64,000 nucleotides of DNA from Antedon mediterranea (lineage: Eukaryota; Animalia; Echinodermata). Position 1 is the stretch's first letter. Every line of letters starts with the position of its first letter. Location of the stretch: the NCBI RefSeq assembly GCF_964355755.1, contig NC_092672.1:4650001-4714000 (forward strand). Direction: 5' to 3'. Under the pieces are notes generated by a model. It did no database searches, was not told where the DNA came from, and saw only the letters and a program-made list of their open reading frames with translations. Shown one piece after another: positions 1-12,200 of the stretch. A program made the position numbers and the translations under genes.

Positions 1-284
1 ATAAAAAAAACTTTGAAATACAACGCATTGCACAGTTCTATTATAAAGTTAATCACTTTCGTAGGAAAAAATTAAAAAAATTATGTTTTATAAAAAGACT
101 AAGTAAACCCTTTGTCTTCCTGTCAATTTGACTATTGTTCAGATTACAGGTAATAAAGTATACTAATTTTTTTTTCCAATCCAATTTTTGGTCAAGTGAA
201 TAACTATTATGTGACATTAAAATGGCATAATAAACCAAAATATTTTTACAAATTATTTTATCAGGAGGGGCAATATATCTTTAA
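1..284 (-). mobile_element. Partial copy of a TTAA-flanked Kolobok-like MITE
   Basis: Reverse-complement match to the 22414-22739 element, ending ggggcaatatatct-TTAA. Confidence 0.65.
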
Positions 285-1342
285 GCATCCGTGTACAGCT
301 AATACAGAATTTTATAAGTAAAACAATTATTATTAATAATTTACAAACCATATTAGATTATCAATAAACATATGGTAAAAATCTCACAAATTATCTATTT
401 CCCTTTACACAACTTTAGCATTACTAAATTACAGACTAATTCATCTTCTTATAGCTTTAATCCTTGTAATGATAAGATATTAATAGCTCAGTATAGAAGT
501 TTTTCAGACATTTGTACTAATGAAATAGGTTGATAGTTGATGGTCAACGTTATTTTTACTTACTGTACATACTCAAGTATTAACTGTCGTCCAAAATTAC
601 GATCACTGTTTTATAGAGAGAAATTCAAGACAAGAGAAATTCAAGACAAGACAAATAGCTATTTTAATTTCATTTTTTATATTTTTAAAAAATGTATACG
701 TACTTGAACATTTTGTAAAGAAAACAGTGAAATAAATTACACAAACTAGAAATGGTGTTGGTAGTCTATATCATGCCTAGCTTACCTGGATAAACCAACA
801 TTAGCCTTTTCAAAAAACAGAAAGAAGAATTTTAGTGGAACACCCCCACCTATCAGTGGAACAGTCTGCTATTTGTATCTTCCAGACATCCCATATATCA
901 CTGCCATCATAAATATTATTATTCATTCATTCATTCATTCCAATAAAAAAATTATTTCATAAAAAAATGTATTCATACAAAATTAATCTGTAAGAGTGGT
1001 TGGCTAAAATTTAACCAAAAAAATAAAGTTACTTTTTAAATCAGACAAAGAGAGAAAGTACCTAAGCAATATTAACTACAATATAACATGATCACACAAA
1101 CATTTGTCGGTACTGTAAATAACCATTGGGAATAAATCAAGTGTGGGAATAGTCATGTTAGAAATATTTTTATCTTAATAATACGAAAATATAATAAATC
1201 AATTGGCTGTTTAATGGCCAATAGCCATTGTGAATATAAATAATTTGATATAAATAACATGTAAGATCCTGATGGGTTCATGATGGGGACATAGAGCAAC
1301 ATTCTCTTTCCAGGTAGTATAATAAATTACATAGGTTAGTTA

Positions 1343-1556
1343 AGGCCAATTTACACAGACGAGCGGTAACGATAAGTGGAAAACCGCATGCTTGTCCCAC
1401 GTAGAATCCGTATTTATCCTAGGGAGTTTCCACTCAACTGCCCGTCCGCACCACGTTTTGTGTTAAATGATCATAAAAAATAAACAGAATTATATTTTAT
1501 ATTTTTGTTTTCAGCTTAGTGTTTACCGCTTGCAGCTCGTCTGTGTAAATTGGCTT
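1343..1556. mobile_element. Harbinger/PIF-like MITE
   Basis: TIRs GGCCAATTTACACAGACGAGC / GCTCGTCTGTGTAAATTGGC with TTA/TAA flanks. Confidence 0.75.
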
Positions 1557-1629
1557 TTAAAATAAAATATTTCTGGGAAACATTGACATTTTGGGCTAAG
1601 CACAAGTTGTACGTGCCAGCCTAGTTTTA

Positions 1630-2314
1630 AGCCTGTTTTCCTGTCGACGTTGAAATACGTTGAGTTGCGTTGAGTTTAAAATCGTTAAAGTTGAAAATAA
1701 AATAGCGATGACGATGATCGAGTCGGACCGCGAATATTTACACATTTTTACGCGATCGTTCATAGTTTCTTGGTTCTCTAGAGCGTTGCTGGGACACGCG
1801 GACGTGAAGTGTTGCAAAACTAAGGCCGGCCACGCGCAGCCGGGACCGCGTGAAAATTGAAAAAGTTACGGGTTTTGATGCTTAAACCCAGCCTAGGACA
1901 TACTTTCGTTGATATCTTAATCTAGGCTTACACTAAAGACAAACATTACATTTAATTGGTTTAATATTATAATTTAATTTAACTTACACTTGTTTTTTTT
2001 AAATATCAGACCTTAAAAGTGTACAAAAAAGGTGAAAAACATCGTCGCGTTGTAAACATTCAAGAATTGTCAGCGCGTACCTATTTTTTCACAAACTGCA
2101 ATGACGTAATTTGTGGACCATTTGATTGGTCAGTTTTAACGATCGTAACGATCGTAATCGTTAAAGTTGACCCGAGTTCAACTTTAACGATTTAAGATTT
2201 TAACGATTTTCAACGTTAATTTTTACCCCCTTTTCCTGTTAAATCGTTGAATATGTCAACTCAACGCAACTCAACGCAACTCAACGTAACTTAACGTCGA
2301 CAGGAAAACAGGCT
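1630..2314. mobile_element. Non-autonomous Harbinger/PIF-like DNA transposon (685 bp)
   Basis: 22-bp TIR AGCCTGTTTTCCTGTCGACGTT, subterminal GTTGAGTTGC repeats, TTA duplicated on both sides. Confidence 0.85.
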
Positions 2315-2432
2315 TTAGAAGGACTTCTTAAATATGCATAAAAGTCTTTACTGGGATGGACTAAGTTTTAATGAATTAAGCTTGGTGTTCAGATATTACT
2401 CTTTGATGTTTTTTGTTGTTTTGCCAGTTTAA

Positions 2433-2585
2433 AGGTCTGTCTACACTATCAAACTTTATGTGACAAAACAATGTAATGTTCCCATATATGGACATGATAT
2501 CACTACCATATTTAGGCATATCATTACCATATTTGGGCACATCACACTTTTTTGGTCAAACTAGTTTGTTTGTGTAGAAAGAGCT
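2433..2585 (+). mobile_element. Harbinger-like MITE family A copy
   Basis: TIR AGCTCTGTCTACACTATCAAACT with internal 21-bp atatcactaccatatttgggc repeats. Confidence 0.8.
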
Positions 2586-2798
2586 GTAGACAATATTACA
2601 AGCATAGATTTCTAGCTATACTGTACTTGTTTGACAATAAATTATATAGAGTATTTGGAGTACCTGGCGATGACATTATTTTAGTTTTGTTGGATTGATA
2701 TGAAGAACCTGCTTGCTTGATTAATATTAAGTGATTTTATTGTATGCAGCAACTGTGTAATATCCTTTATTGTGATGTGATGTGATCTAGGACCTTAA

Positions 2799-2958
2799 AG
2801 CTCTGTCTACACTATCAAACTTGATGTGACAAAAAAATGTATGTGCCCATATATGGATATGATGAAGTCATATCACTACCATATTTGGGCATATCACTAC
2901 CATTATTTGGGCACGTCACATTTTTTTATGAAACTATTTTGATAGTGTAGACATAGCT
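2799..2958 (+). mobile_element. MITE family A copy
   Basis: Same TIRs and internal repeats, TAA/TTA flanks. Confidence 0.85.
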
Positions 2959-3143
2959 TTAAGCAAAGTACTATAGTACTACAAACAAGAACACACACAA
3001 AACAACAGTAATATTCTAAAGTTACAAATTCTATTGGGACACATCCATACATAAAATGGAAGGGGTTATTACATATCCAATAAATCATAAAATTACGATA
3101 CAAAAATAAACCAATACAAAGTTAAATGAATTAAAATACATAC

Positions 3144-3251
3144 CAACGATTGCTTATCGGCTTCTAACACTTTGATTCGTTTTTCAAGATTTTGTATAAA
3201 TTGTAAATTTTCCACATCCTTTTTCCCGTCTTCTGGAAGATTTCTGGAAGG
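3144..3251 (-). CDS. Coiled-coil exon of the unidentified gene
   Basis: 108 nt, phase 0-0, good polypyrimidine acceptor and GTATGT donor, heptad-like LEKRIKVLEADKQSL. Confidence 0.7.
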
Positions 3252-6200
3252 CTGAGAGCGAAAGAATAAAGAAGTATGCATGAGTAAGTAGGTAAAGAAA
3301 CTGAGCTTGCTATAAATATATTCTACATTATTTGCTAGCAGTAATTTCAAGCTGACTTAACTTAACAGTAGCTGTTCAATGAAGCATAACTTTAAAACTT
3401 GTACAAAGTCTGTTCTAGAAAGAAAGTATGAAATAACGGATGTAGAAAAAATCCTGTTTAAAAATGGCGGAATATTCTGTTGATGATGAGAGAGTGTTTG
3501 CAATGATGATGTTGTTTAGGAACAAAGACAGAATGGTGTTGAGATGATGTGTTGTGAATTGATGAGAGTGTTGCAATGTTGTTGTCATGGGAACAAAGAT
3601 CAAAATAGTATGATGACGATGATAATGGTGTTAAGATGATAATGATGATGGCATTGTGATGATGGCATTGTGATGAGGGTGTTGTGATAATGATGGTGTT
3701 GTGATAATGATGGTGTTATGATGGTATTGTGATGGTGTTGTGATGATGGCGTTGTGATGATGGCGTTGTGATGATGGCGTTGTGATGATCATGTTGTGAT
3801 GATGGTGTTGTGATGATGGTGTTGTGATAATGATGATGGTGTAGTGATAATGATGATGGTGTAGTGATAATGATGATGGTGTTTTGATAGTAATGGAATT
3901 GTGATGATGGTGTGGTGATGATGATGGTGTTGTGATGATGGTGTTGTAATGATGGTGTTATGATGATGTTGCGATAATGGTGTTGTGATGATGGTGTTAT
4001 GATGATGGTGTTGTGATGATGGCGTTGTGATGATGGCGTTGTGATGATGGCGTTGTAATGATGGTGTTGTGATGATGGTGTTGCGATAATGGTGTTGCGA
4101 TGATGGTGTTGCGATGATGGTGTTATGATGATGGCGTTGTGATGATGGTGTTGTGATAATGGTGTTGTGATAATGGTGTTGTGATGATGGTGTTGTGATG
4201 ATGGTGTTGTGATGATGTTGCGATAATGGTGTTGTGATGATGGTGTTGTGATGATGGTGTTGCGATGATGGTGTTGCGATAATGGTGTTTTGATGATGGT
4301 GTTATGATGATGTTGCGATAATGGTGTTGTGATGATGGTGTTATGATGATGGTGTTGTGATGATGGCGTTGTGATGATGGCGTTGTGATGATGCCATGGC
4401 GTTGTGATGATGGCATTGTGATGATGGCATTGTGATGATGGTGTTGTAATGATGGTGTTGTGATGATGGTGTCGTGATGATGGTGTAGTGATAATGGTGT
4501 TGTGATGATGGTGTTGCGATGATGGCGTTGCGATGATGGCGTTGCGATGATGGCGTTGTGATGATGGCGTTGTGATGATGGTGTTTGTGATGATGGCGTT
4601 GTGATGATGGCGTTGTGATGATGGCGTTGTGATGATGGCGTTTGTGATGATGGCGTTGTGATGATGGCGTTGTGATGATGGCGTTGTGATGATGGTGTTG
4701 TGATGATGGTGTTGTGATGATGATGTTGTGATGATGGTGTTGTGATAATGATGATGGTGTTGTGATAATTATGATGGTGTTGTGATAGTAATGGAAATGT
4801 TGATAGGAGGACATTCGTGAGGCAGGAAGATATATGACAGATATTGGATTAGAAAGAAAGAATTTAGTGATGAATTACCAAAGCAATATTAGTGGTGATG
4901 ATAAAGATTGTTAAAATAATAATGTGATGATAATGTTTGTATAAGAACACCTTTGAGGAGATACTTGCTTTTCCGTGTTAAAATAAAGTATCTATTATTA
5001 CTATTGTTAGAGGTAATAGTAATGAAGGTCACAGAATACATAATATTCTTGGCAATTTTGTAGCAACATCATTTCTGTGAAAGTGATAAATTTAACATGA
5101 TAGATGAAAACGATGACAGATGCAATATGAGAACATTACGAATTATGGTTTATAGATGACTAATATAAAACAAAATTAATAATAACAAATTATTATTCAA
5201 AAAAATGAATTATTAATTATTAACAGAAGCACCAACAAGTGGTGATTAGTTGATAATGAACTCTAAAGAAAGTTCTAAATGTTCAAGTAAGTGGTCCGAT
5301 TTATATATTTCACAAATAAGTAGTTTTCAAGAAAGATAAAATATTATTTGTTGTAATAATAACACAAAAAAAGGGAAAATATGGAATATGGAAAATATGG
5401 AATATGGTATCTTTATTTTTAAAAATTATCCAGCCACGAAATAGACTCAACCATTAATAAAAATACATTGCCAGACAGAATGGAAAAAAGCCATGGGTCA
5501 GGCCTACTGTATACTACATAGCACTTTCACTGCTGGTTTCCTAGTTTGAAAAGGGTACTAAAGTAAAAAGGGGGGTACTATTGACCCCTATGAACCCCTT
5601 AAGACTTTACAAACTGTAACATCACAGTTTTATCCTCGACACTGTCAGGTCACAAACCAATTGCCATAAAATCATAATTTGGCTGCTGATACGTCCTGGA
5701 TAGGACGTGTTCGAAACATTGCTGTTTAATAAACAAGAAAGTCCAGTTGATCATAGTAACTAACACAGTACAGATACTAATTTTTTATTTCAAGCAATAA
5801 GAAATAAAAATACATAAACTGACTATTTTTATTAAGTAAAAGTATAAAAAAATACAGAAAAATAAATTCCAATATATGGTATGTTCTAAATAAAAAATAA
5901 AAAAGGTTTTCTTGTATGTTAATTTACACTTGTATGTGTGTACTGTAAGTAGCCCCTTGTGTAAAGCCTACAGCACATATACTTAAAGTTCACTAAAGTA
6001 ATAATATGTTGCTATATAACAGTGTCTGACAATAATGTCCCACAGCTAGTACATATACAGTACTAATAGTAATATTATTGTGAAAATATATATTTAAAAA
6101 AACATTATTTTTGAAAAAAGGTGGAAAAATGGACAGTGTTCACTGCATAAAGCTCTGTCTGTAGAAACCATTTGGGCACATCACACCTTTTTTGGTCTTA

Positions 6201-9200
6201 ACTAGTTTGATAGTGTGGACAGAGCTTATAATACTACTTTCACATTGCCTTACAAAACTTGTCAGTCCAGTCAGTCAGTGTTGATGTGTGCAAACTCCAA
6301 AGGTTGCTAGGCCATCTGAAAGGACTACTAACTAAAGCTCTGTCTACACTATCAAACGTTATGTGACAAAAATGTGATGTGCCCATATATGGACATGATG
6401 ATGTCACTACCATATTTGGGAATATTACTACTACCATATTTGGGCACATCACACTTTTTTGTCAAACTCAAAAGTTTGAGCTTAATAGAAAAAAATACAA
6501 AATAAAAAACTAGTTTATAAAATTCTTAATATTTTTACAGTATGTCAAAAACCGGATAGAAAGCCAATCAATATAAATGAAGTTTGGTAATCTAATCTAA
6601 GTTCATATTTGTCACAAACCTAAATCCATAATTTCTAAAATATCTAAAACTTGAGGGCATTGCTGTCATTAAAAAAAAAAATATGCACATAAGTATTAAA
6701 TTTCAAATATCATAAGACTAAGATTTTTTATTTCCATAATTTCAAATTTGATATTTCAACATAATGGTTACCTTTTCCTTTATATATTAAACATGATTGA
6801 AGAAGAGACTTTTGTTGACATCGAAACTGATGAAAAGGGATAATGCTAGAGTGCGTAGGGGTGGATGTCAAAGTTAAGCGTGGGTGGAAAAATAATAAAA
6901 CAATACTTTCTGATATTCTGAGGATTCTTGGGAGTACATAGGTGATGTGTTGGGGAGGGTGGAAAACTTGGAAGGTTGATTTATACATCCATACATTTTA
7001 ACAGTCTACTATTAAGACATAGTTTCTCAAAAAATGATATCTGGTTTCAAATGGATATCTAAAAATAAATGTTAACTTTTTTAATAAACCAGTTGCCAAG
7101 TACTTACTTGCTACGATGAAAATCATGTGAACGTCATTTGCGTGACCAAGGCTACAGAAAATAGCCGAAACGTAGCAAGTAAGTACTTGGCAACTGGTTT
7201 TTATCACAAAAGTTAACATTTATTTTAAAATAAAGACATAGTGTTAACACATGAAACAATATTTTATTCTATAAATGTTTACAACTGAATTGAAAATATA
7301 GAATACATTTTTTACATTTCTACTTAATGTCTAATCACAAATCCTTCAATCAAAGTCTATAAATACAATCCAATATTGATAATAGCAATCATCATCAAAT
7401 ACAAATTTCTTTAAAAAAAAAAGGTGAAATTCCTACAAATTGCAAATTATTAATCAATATAATAAACAGTAAATCCATCAAGTTATCAAATTATTTTAAT
7501 ATCATCTTATAGCCTTTCTATTAAACATAGCCCACACAAATACTGTATATTTTATTACTGATTTTTAATGAAACTTATTTGGCTACAAGATTCTCCTTAA
7601 TTTCTCCCAGTATTTATTTTCATTTATTCATGCTGATAAAGTCCACAAAAGCAAAACATAAAAAGAAAAAATTAAAAAGAAAAAATTAAAAACACAAAAG
7701 TAGAAAAGGAACTATATTTCCACTGTGGTCCGTACACTGATACAGGGGTCCCAAGTCTACCGCTACTCGCGGTAGTCTACCGCTTTAAGTACCCATCTAC
7801 CGCGCTACCGCTATCTCGACGTTTTCTACCGCATTTTGATTTTTTTACCGCATTTTCAAATTTCCCCATATTTTGATATTAATAATAACAGAAGATATTT
7901 TTTTTAACTAAATTACTGTACATTATAAATATTATTTTTAAAATAAAAAAAAATATTCTTCATAATTTATCATTAAATCTCTCCATATTTTTATGTTCAC
8001 TTTTAAGGATTATTTACAAGATGTAGTGACCTAAAGCTCTGTCTACATTATCAAAATTTATGTGAAAAAAAAAAGTGATGTGCCCATATAGACATGATGA
8101 TATCATTATTATATTTGGGCAAATCACTACCATATTTGGACATATCACTAGCATATTTGGGCACATCACACTTTTTTTTCAAACTAGTTTGATAGTATAG
8201 ACAGAGCTTAAAACATGACAGATTACAAGCAAGACTTAATGATCGTTAAACTTCATCATCATTTTATTCAAAACCTTCTTTCCTGTCACGTATGATTAAA
8301 GATTCAAACAAATCACTTGTAATAATCTTTGATTACATTTTTTTTCTTACATAATGAGAATACGAAATGTGTATCATATGCTAGATTTGTGACATAAAAG
8401 TTACTTATGTAGAAAAGTGACATGCACAGTCAGGGTTATGGAATTAGGCCTAGATCATGCGTTAAAATCAAGCCACATTCTAAATAGCGAAGACAGCGGA
8501 ATATTTCCAAACGAGAGAATCTAGACACAAAAAAATCATAAGTATGTTTTATTTGTGACATATCTCGTCCCACAGAGAGGAAAGGTTAATTGATGTCCAG
8601 ATACATGAAAGAGCATTGTATAAAAATTGTGATAAATGAAAGACTCCCTACTAACATTAAGCTCTGTCTACACTATCAAATGAGTTTGACAAAAAAAAAG
8701 TGTGATGTGCCCAAATATGGTAGTGATATGCCCAAATATGGTATCATCATTTCCATATGGGCACATTGCATTTTTTTGGTGTAGACAGAGCTTTATCTTT
8801 TGTTTGAACTTTGGGTAATGTTGAATGTTAACATTTTTTGTCAATGATCAACCACCAATTTAAACGGTTATGTAGCGGAAATGGTTTAAAAATTATATAC
8901 ATATTGAAATAATGGTTTATATGGCATGCAGCAGAAACGGCCCTTAGGGAAACAATAGTGTACACTTTGATGGAATAAATATTTGTACAAAAGAAGAAGT
9001 TGCCTAAAATGTCAACTAATATTCATTTTCCTGCGTATTGTTGTCAGTATTAATATCAGAAATATTTTTAAATTTTAAACCTTTAATTTATTTGTTCATG
9101 TGTTTTTTATCACTCTAACTTGTGTTCGATTCATCACCCATAATGAGTTATTACTTGTCAAAATTGATGTATTCTGGTTGAACATGATGAATTCAAACCT

Positions 9201-12200
9201 GACTTTAAACCCTTCATTTGCACATTATACATATTGCTTTCTCCAAATAACTATCTGAATAAAGTTATATTAGATCTAGGACAAAATCCAATTAAAGAGC
9301 ACAGGGTGGGTGTTTAATTCAAAATATTGATATTTAAATATTAATATTCTATATACAGACACATAATAAATTCTAAATATGAATGAATTCATTAATTTGA
9401 AACAATAAAGATGAGGAAATCTGTGAGAATGAAAAAAGGCTGTCCCCAACTGAGATTCGAACTTGGATTATGCTGATGTCCTAACCATTAGACAACTGGG
9501 ACTTTCATATTATTTTCACAATTTGATTGACCTAACAAGTTTTAATTTATCATCATTCATATTGTTTAACATTATGAGTCAAAAAGAAAGATCCACCCAA
9601 AAACAGCCAGCCAATATGATTGTATGAGAGTATTGTACAGTATATCAGGTGCCAATCTTTATAGCGTATATTGTCATCCGGTATACAAACCAATACAAAC
9701 CGTCAATATCTTTTGTTTACATACTGTTTAATATGCGTATGTATAACAACAATAATGAATCAGATTTAATGAATCATACTTGTAAAATATAACACTGTTT
9801 TGTAATCGTTTATGCTTAATAGGATCAAGGGAAAACCACAATGCTGACCATCAGAGATACTAGATTATTTAGGACTCCCAATGGAAGCTATTTCTTATGT
9901 GTAGTAAATCTCTGTATACTATCAAACTAGTTTGACAAAAAAAAAGGTGTGATGTGCCCAAATGTGGTACTGATGTGCCCAAATATGGTATAGACGTGAT
10001 ATGCCCAAATATGGTATTGATGATGTCATCACATTTTGTTGTCACATAAAGTTTGATAGTGTAGACAGAGCTTTAATTGGGTCATCCTGAATATATTGAT
10101 TTGACAGTATTATCAGGGAAGAGTTAAAACTCTTCCCTGGTATTATATACATAATAGCGTTAATATAAGTGTAGGGCTTTACTATTATCAAATTTTTGTT
10201 TTGTTTTATAGATGCTTTGAGCAATAAACGCTACAGTACATAAAAAAGAACGGCGTTTTATTATTCTGTGTTGTGGTCAAAGGTTTAATTGAACATTATT
10301 TATTGTAACAATCTTGTTAGGGTGACATGACGTTGAACTACGGAAATATTTATTTTATTAACATTACCTGAGTAACATACCTGAGAACAAAGGTGGGAAA
10401 TTAAACTTGGAATGTTGGGTGACTTTGTTTGTTATTTATACTTCAAGCTTTAAAATGGGAAGTTTTTTTTATATAATTTTTTTTAAATGGTGTGTTCAAG
10501 TCATCTTCCTATACTGTTCAGAACCTTATTTTAGTAGTCGCATATGGATGAATTGAATTGACCCAGAGGGCCCAGTTACAGTATGATCAGTGGCTGTCAT
10601 AGTAAACCGGGTAACCCCCTACTCGTCTCACAAGATGTAGTAGGTTTTTTAAAGTGCACATGAGCTAGATGTGTACACTAGATCTACGGTTTATAGTCCT
10701 TATCTGAGAAGACTCGTTCTACCACCAGAACCATGGAGTGAGTAAGCAGCATCAAACCCTTGCCAACCCTTCTCATTGTGTACAGGCCTTTTTTTTGCTT
10801 TAATAATAATATATATTTATTATTACCGTATTATTAAGAACAGTCTGATTGGTAATATAATAAAACTATGGCAATCCAAGAAGAAAATAGATCTTTAAGA
10901 TTTAAATGGGGATTTTTTTTTTAAATCAAATTCTCTTTTTTAACTGCATGTTCACTCATAGAGTACAATACAAGCCCTATTTTTGCTTTATAATAATATA
11001 AATTTATCAATATTTTCAAGAACAGTCTGATTGGTAATATAAAAAACTATGGCAATTCAAGAAGAGAATAAACACAGACGAACATACTGTCCTAAATTGT
11101 CTACATATCTCATAACTTTGGTGGGGAAAACACATGTTTGATAACGATCATGAATCGTGTGTGTTGTAACATACGGTCACTAATTGCTATAAAGTCAATA
11201 TTATCGTTCCGATACTCTAATATAAATTGCTCATTTAATGACAATACTGGATGTTATATTACTGGATGGATTTATATCATTTTGGAAAAAAACTATATAT
11301 TAGAGATAAGATGAAAAATATTTATACAAGCGAAATTAAAGTTGATAATTTAATAACATAGTTCTATTGTACAGTGTAAGATTATATTAAATATTAAAGC
11401 AAAATTAAAATTAATAATAAATTTAATACTAGCATACATTTTTGTAATGTATAATATACATTATATTAAAAATATAATTTAAACATGAAAAATATTTATA
11501 CAAGCGAAATTAAAGTTGATAATTTAAAAGCGTACTGTTGATATTTTATGAACTGAAGATAATTTAAAAATGAAAAATATTTTGTACTAACCGAAATTAA
11601 AGTTGAAAATTTAAATGCATTTTTTTTTACTGAACTGTAACATTTTTTTAAAGATGATTAGAACATGACCAATTTAGATAATTGCACAAACCAGTAGTGA
11701 TGTTAGTAGTCTATGAGTGTTAGATAATTACACAAACCAGTAGTGGTGTTAGTAGTCTGTGAGTGTTAGATAATTACACAAACCAGTAGTGGTGTTAGTA
11801 GTCTGTGAGTGTTAGATAATTACACAAACCAGTAGTGGTGTTAGTAGTCTGTGAGTGTTAGATAATTGCACAAACCAGTAGTGGTGTTAGTAGTCTGTGA
11901 GTGTTAGATAATTACACAAACCAGTAGTGGTGTTAGTAGTCTGTGAGTGTTAGATAATTACACAAACCAGTAGTGGTGTTAGTAGTCTGTGAGTGTTAGA
12001 TAATTACACAAACCAGTAGTGGTGTTGTCTGTGAGTGTTAGATAATTACACAAACCAGTAGTGGTGTTAGTAGTCTATGAGTGTTAGATAATTACACAAA
12101 CCAGTAGTGGTGTTAGTAGTCTGTGAGTGTTAGATAATTACACAAACCAGTAGTGGTGTTAGTAGTCTATGAGTGTTAGATAATTACACAAACCAGTAGT

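Noticed and set aside
4123-4814. His/Thr-rich ORFs
   Set aside because: Translation of a GAT/GGT minisatellite; no splice or homology support.
6772-6826. AG/GT-bounded 55-nt segment as an exon of the unidentified gene
   Set aside because: Phase 0-1 would break the frame between the two supported exons; the peptide is uninformative.
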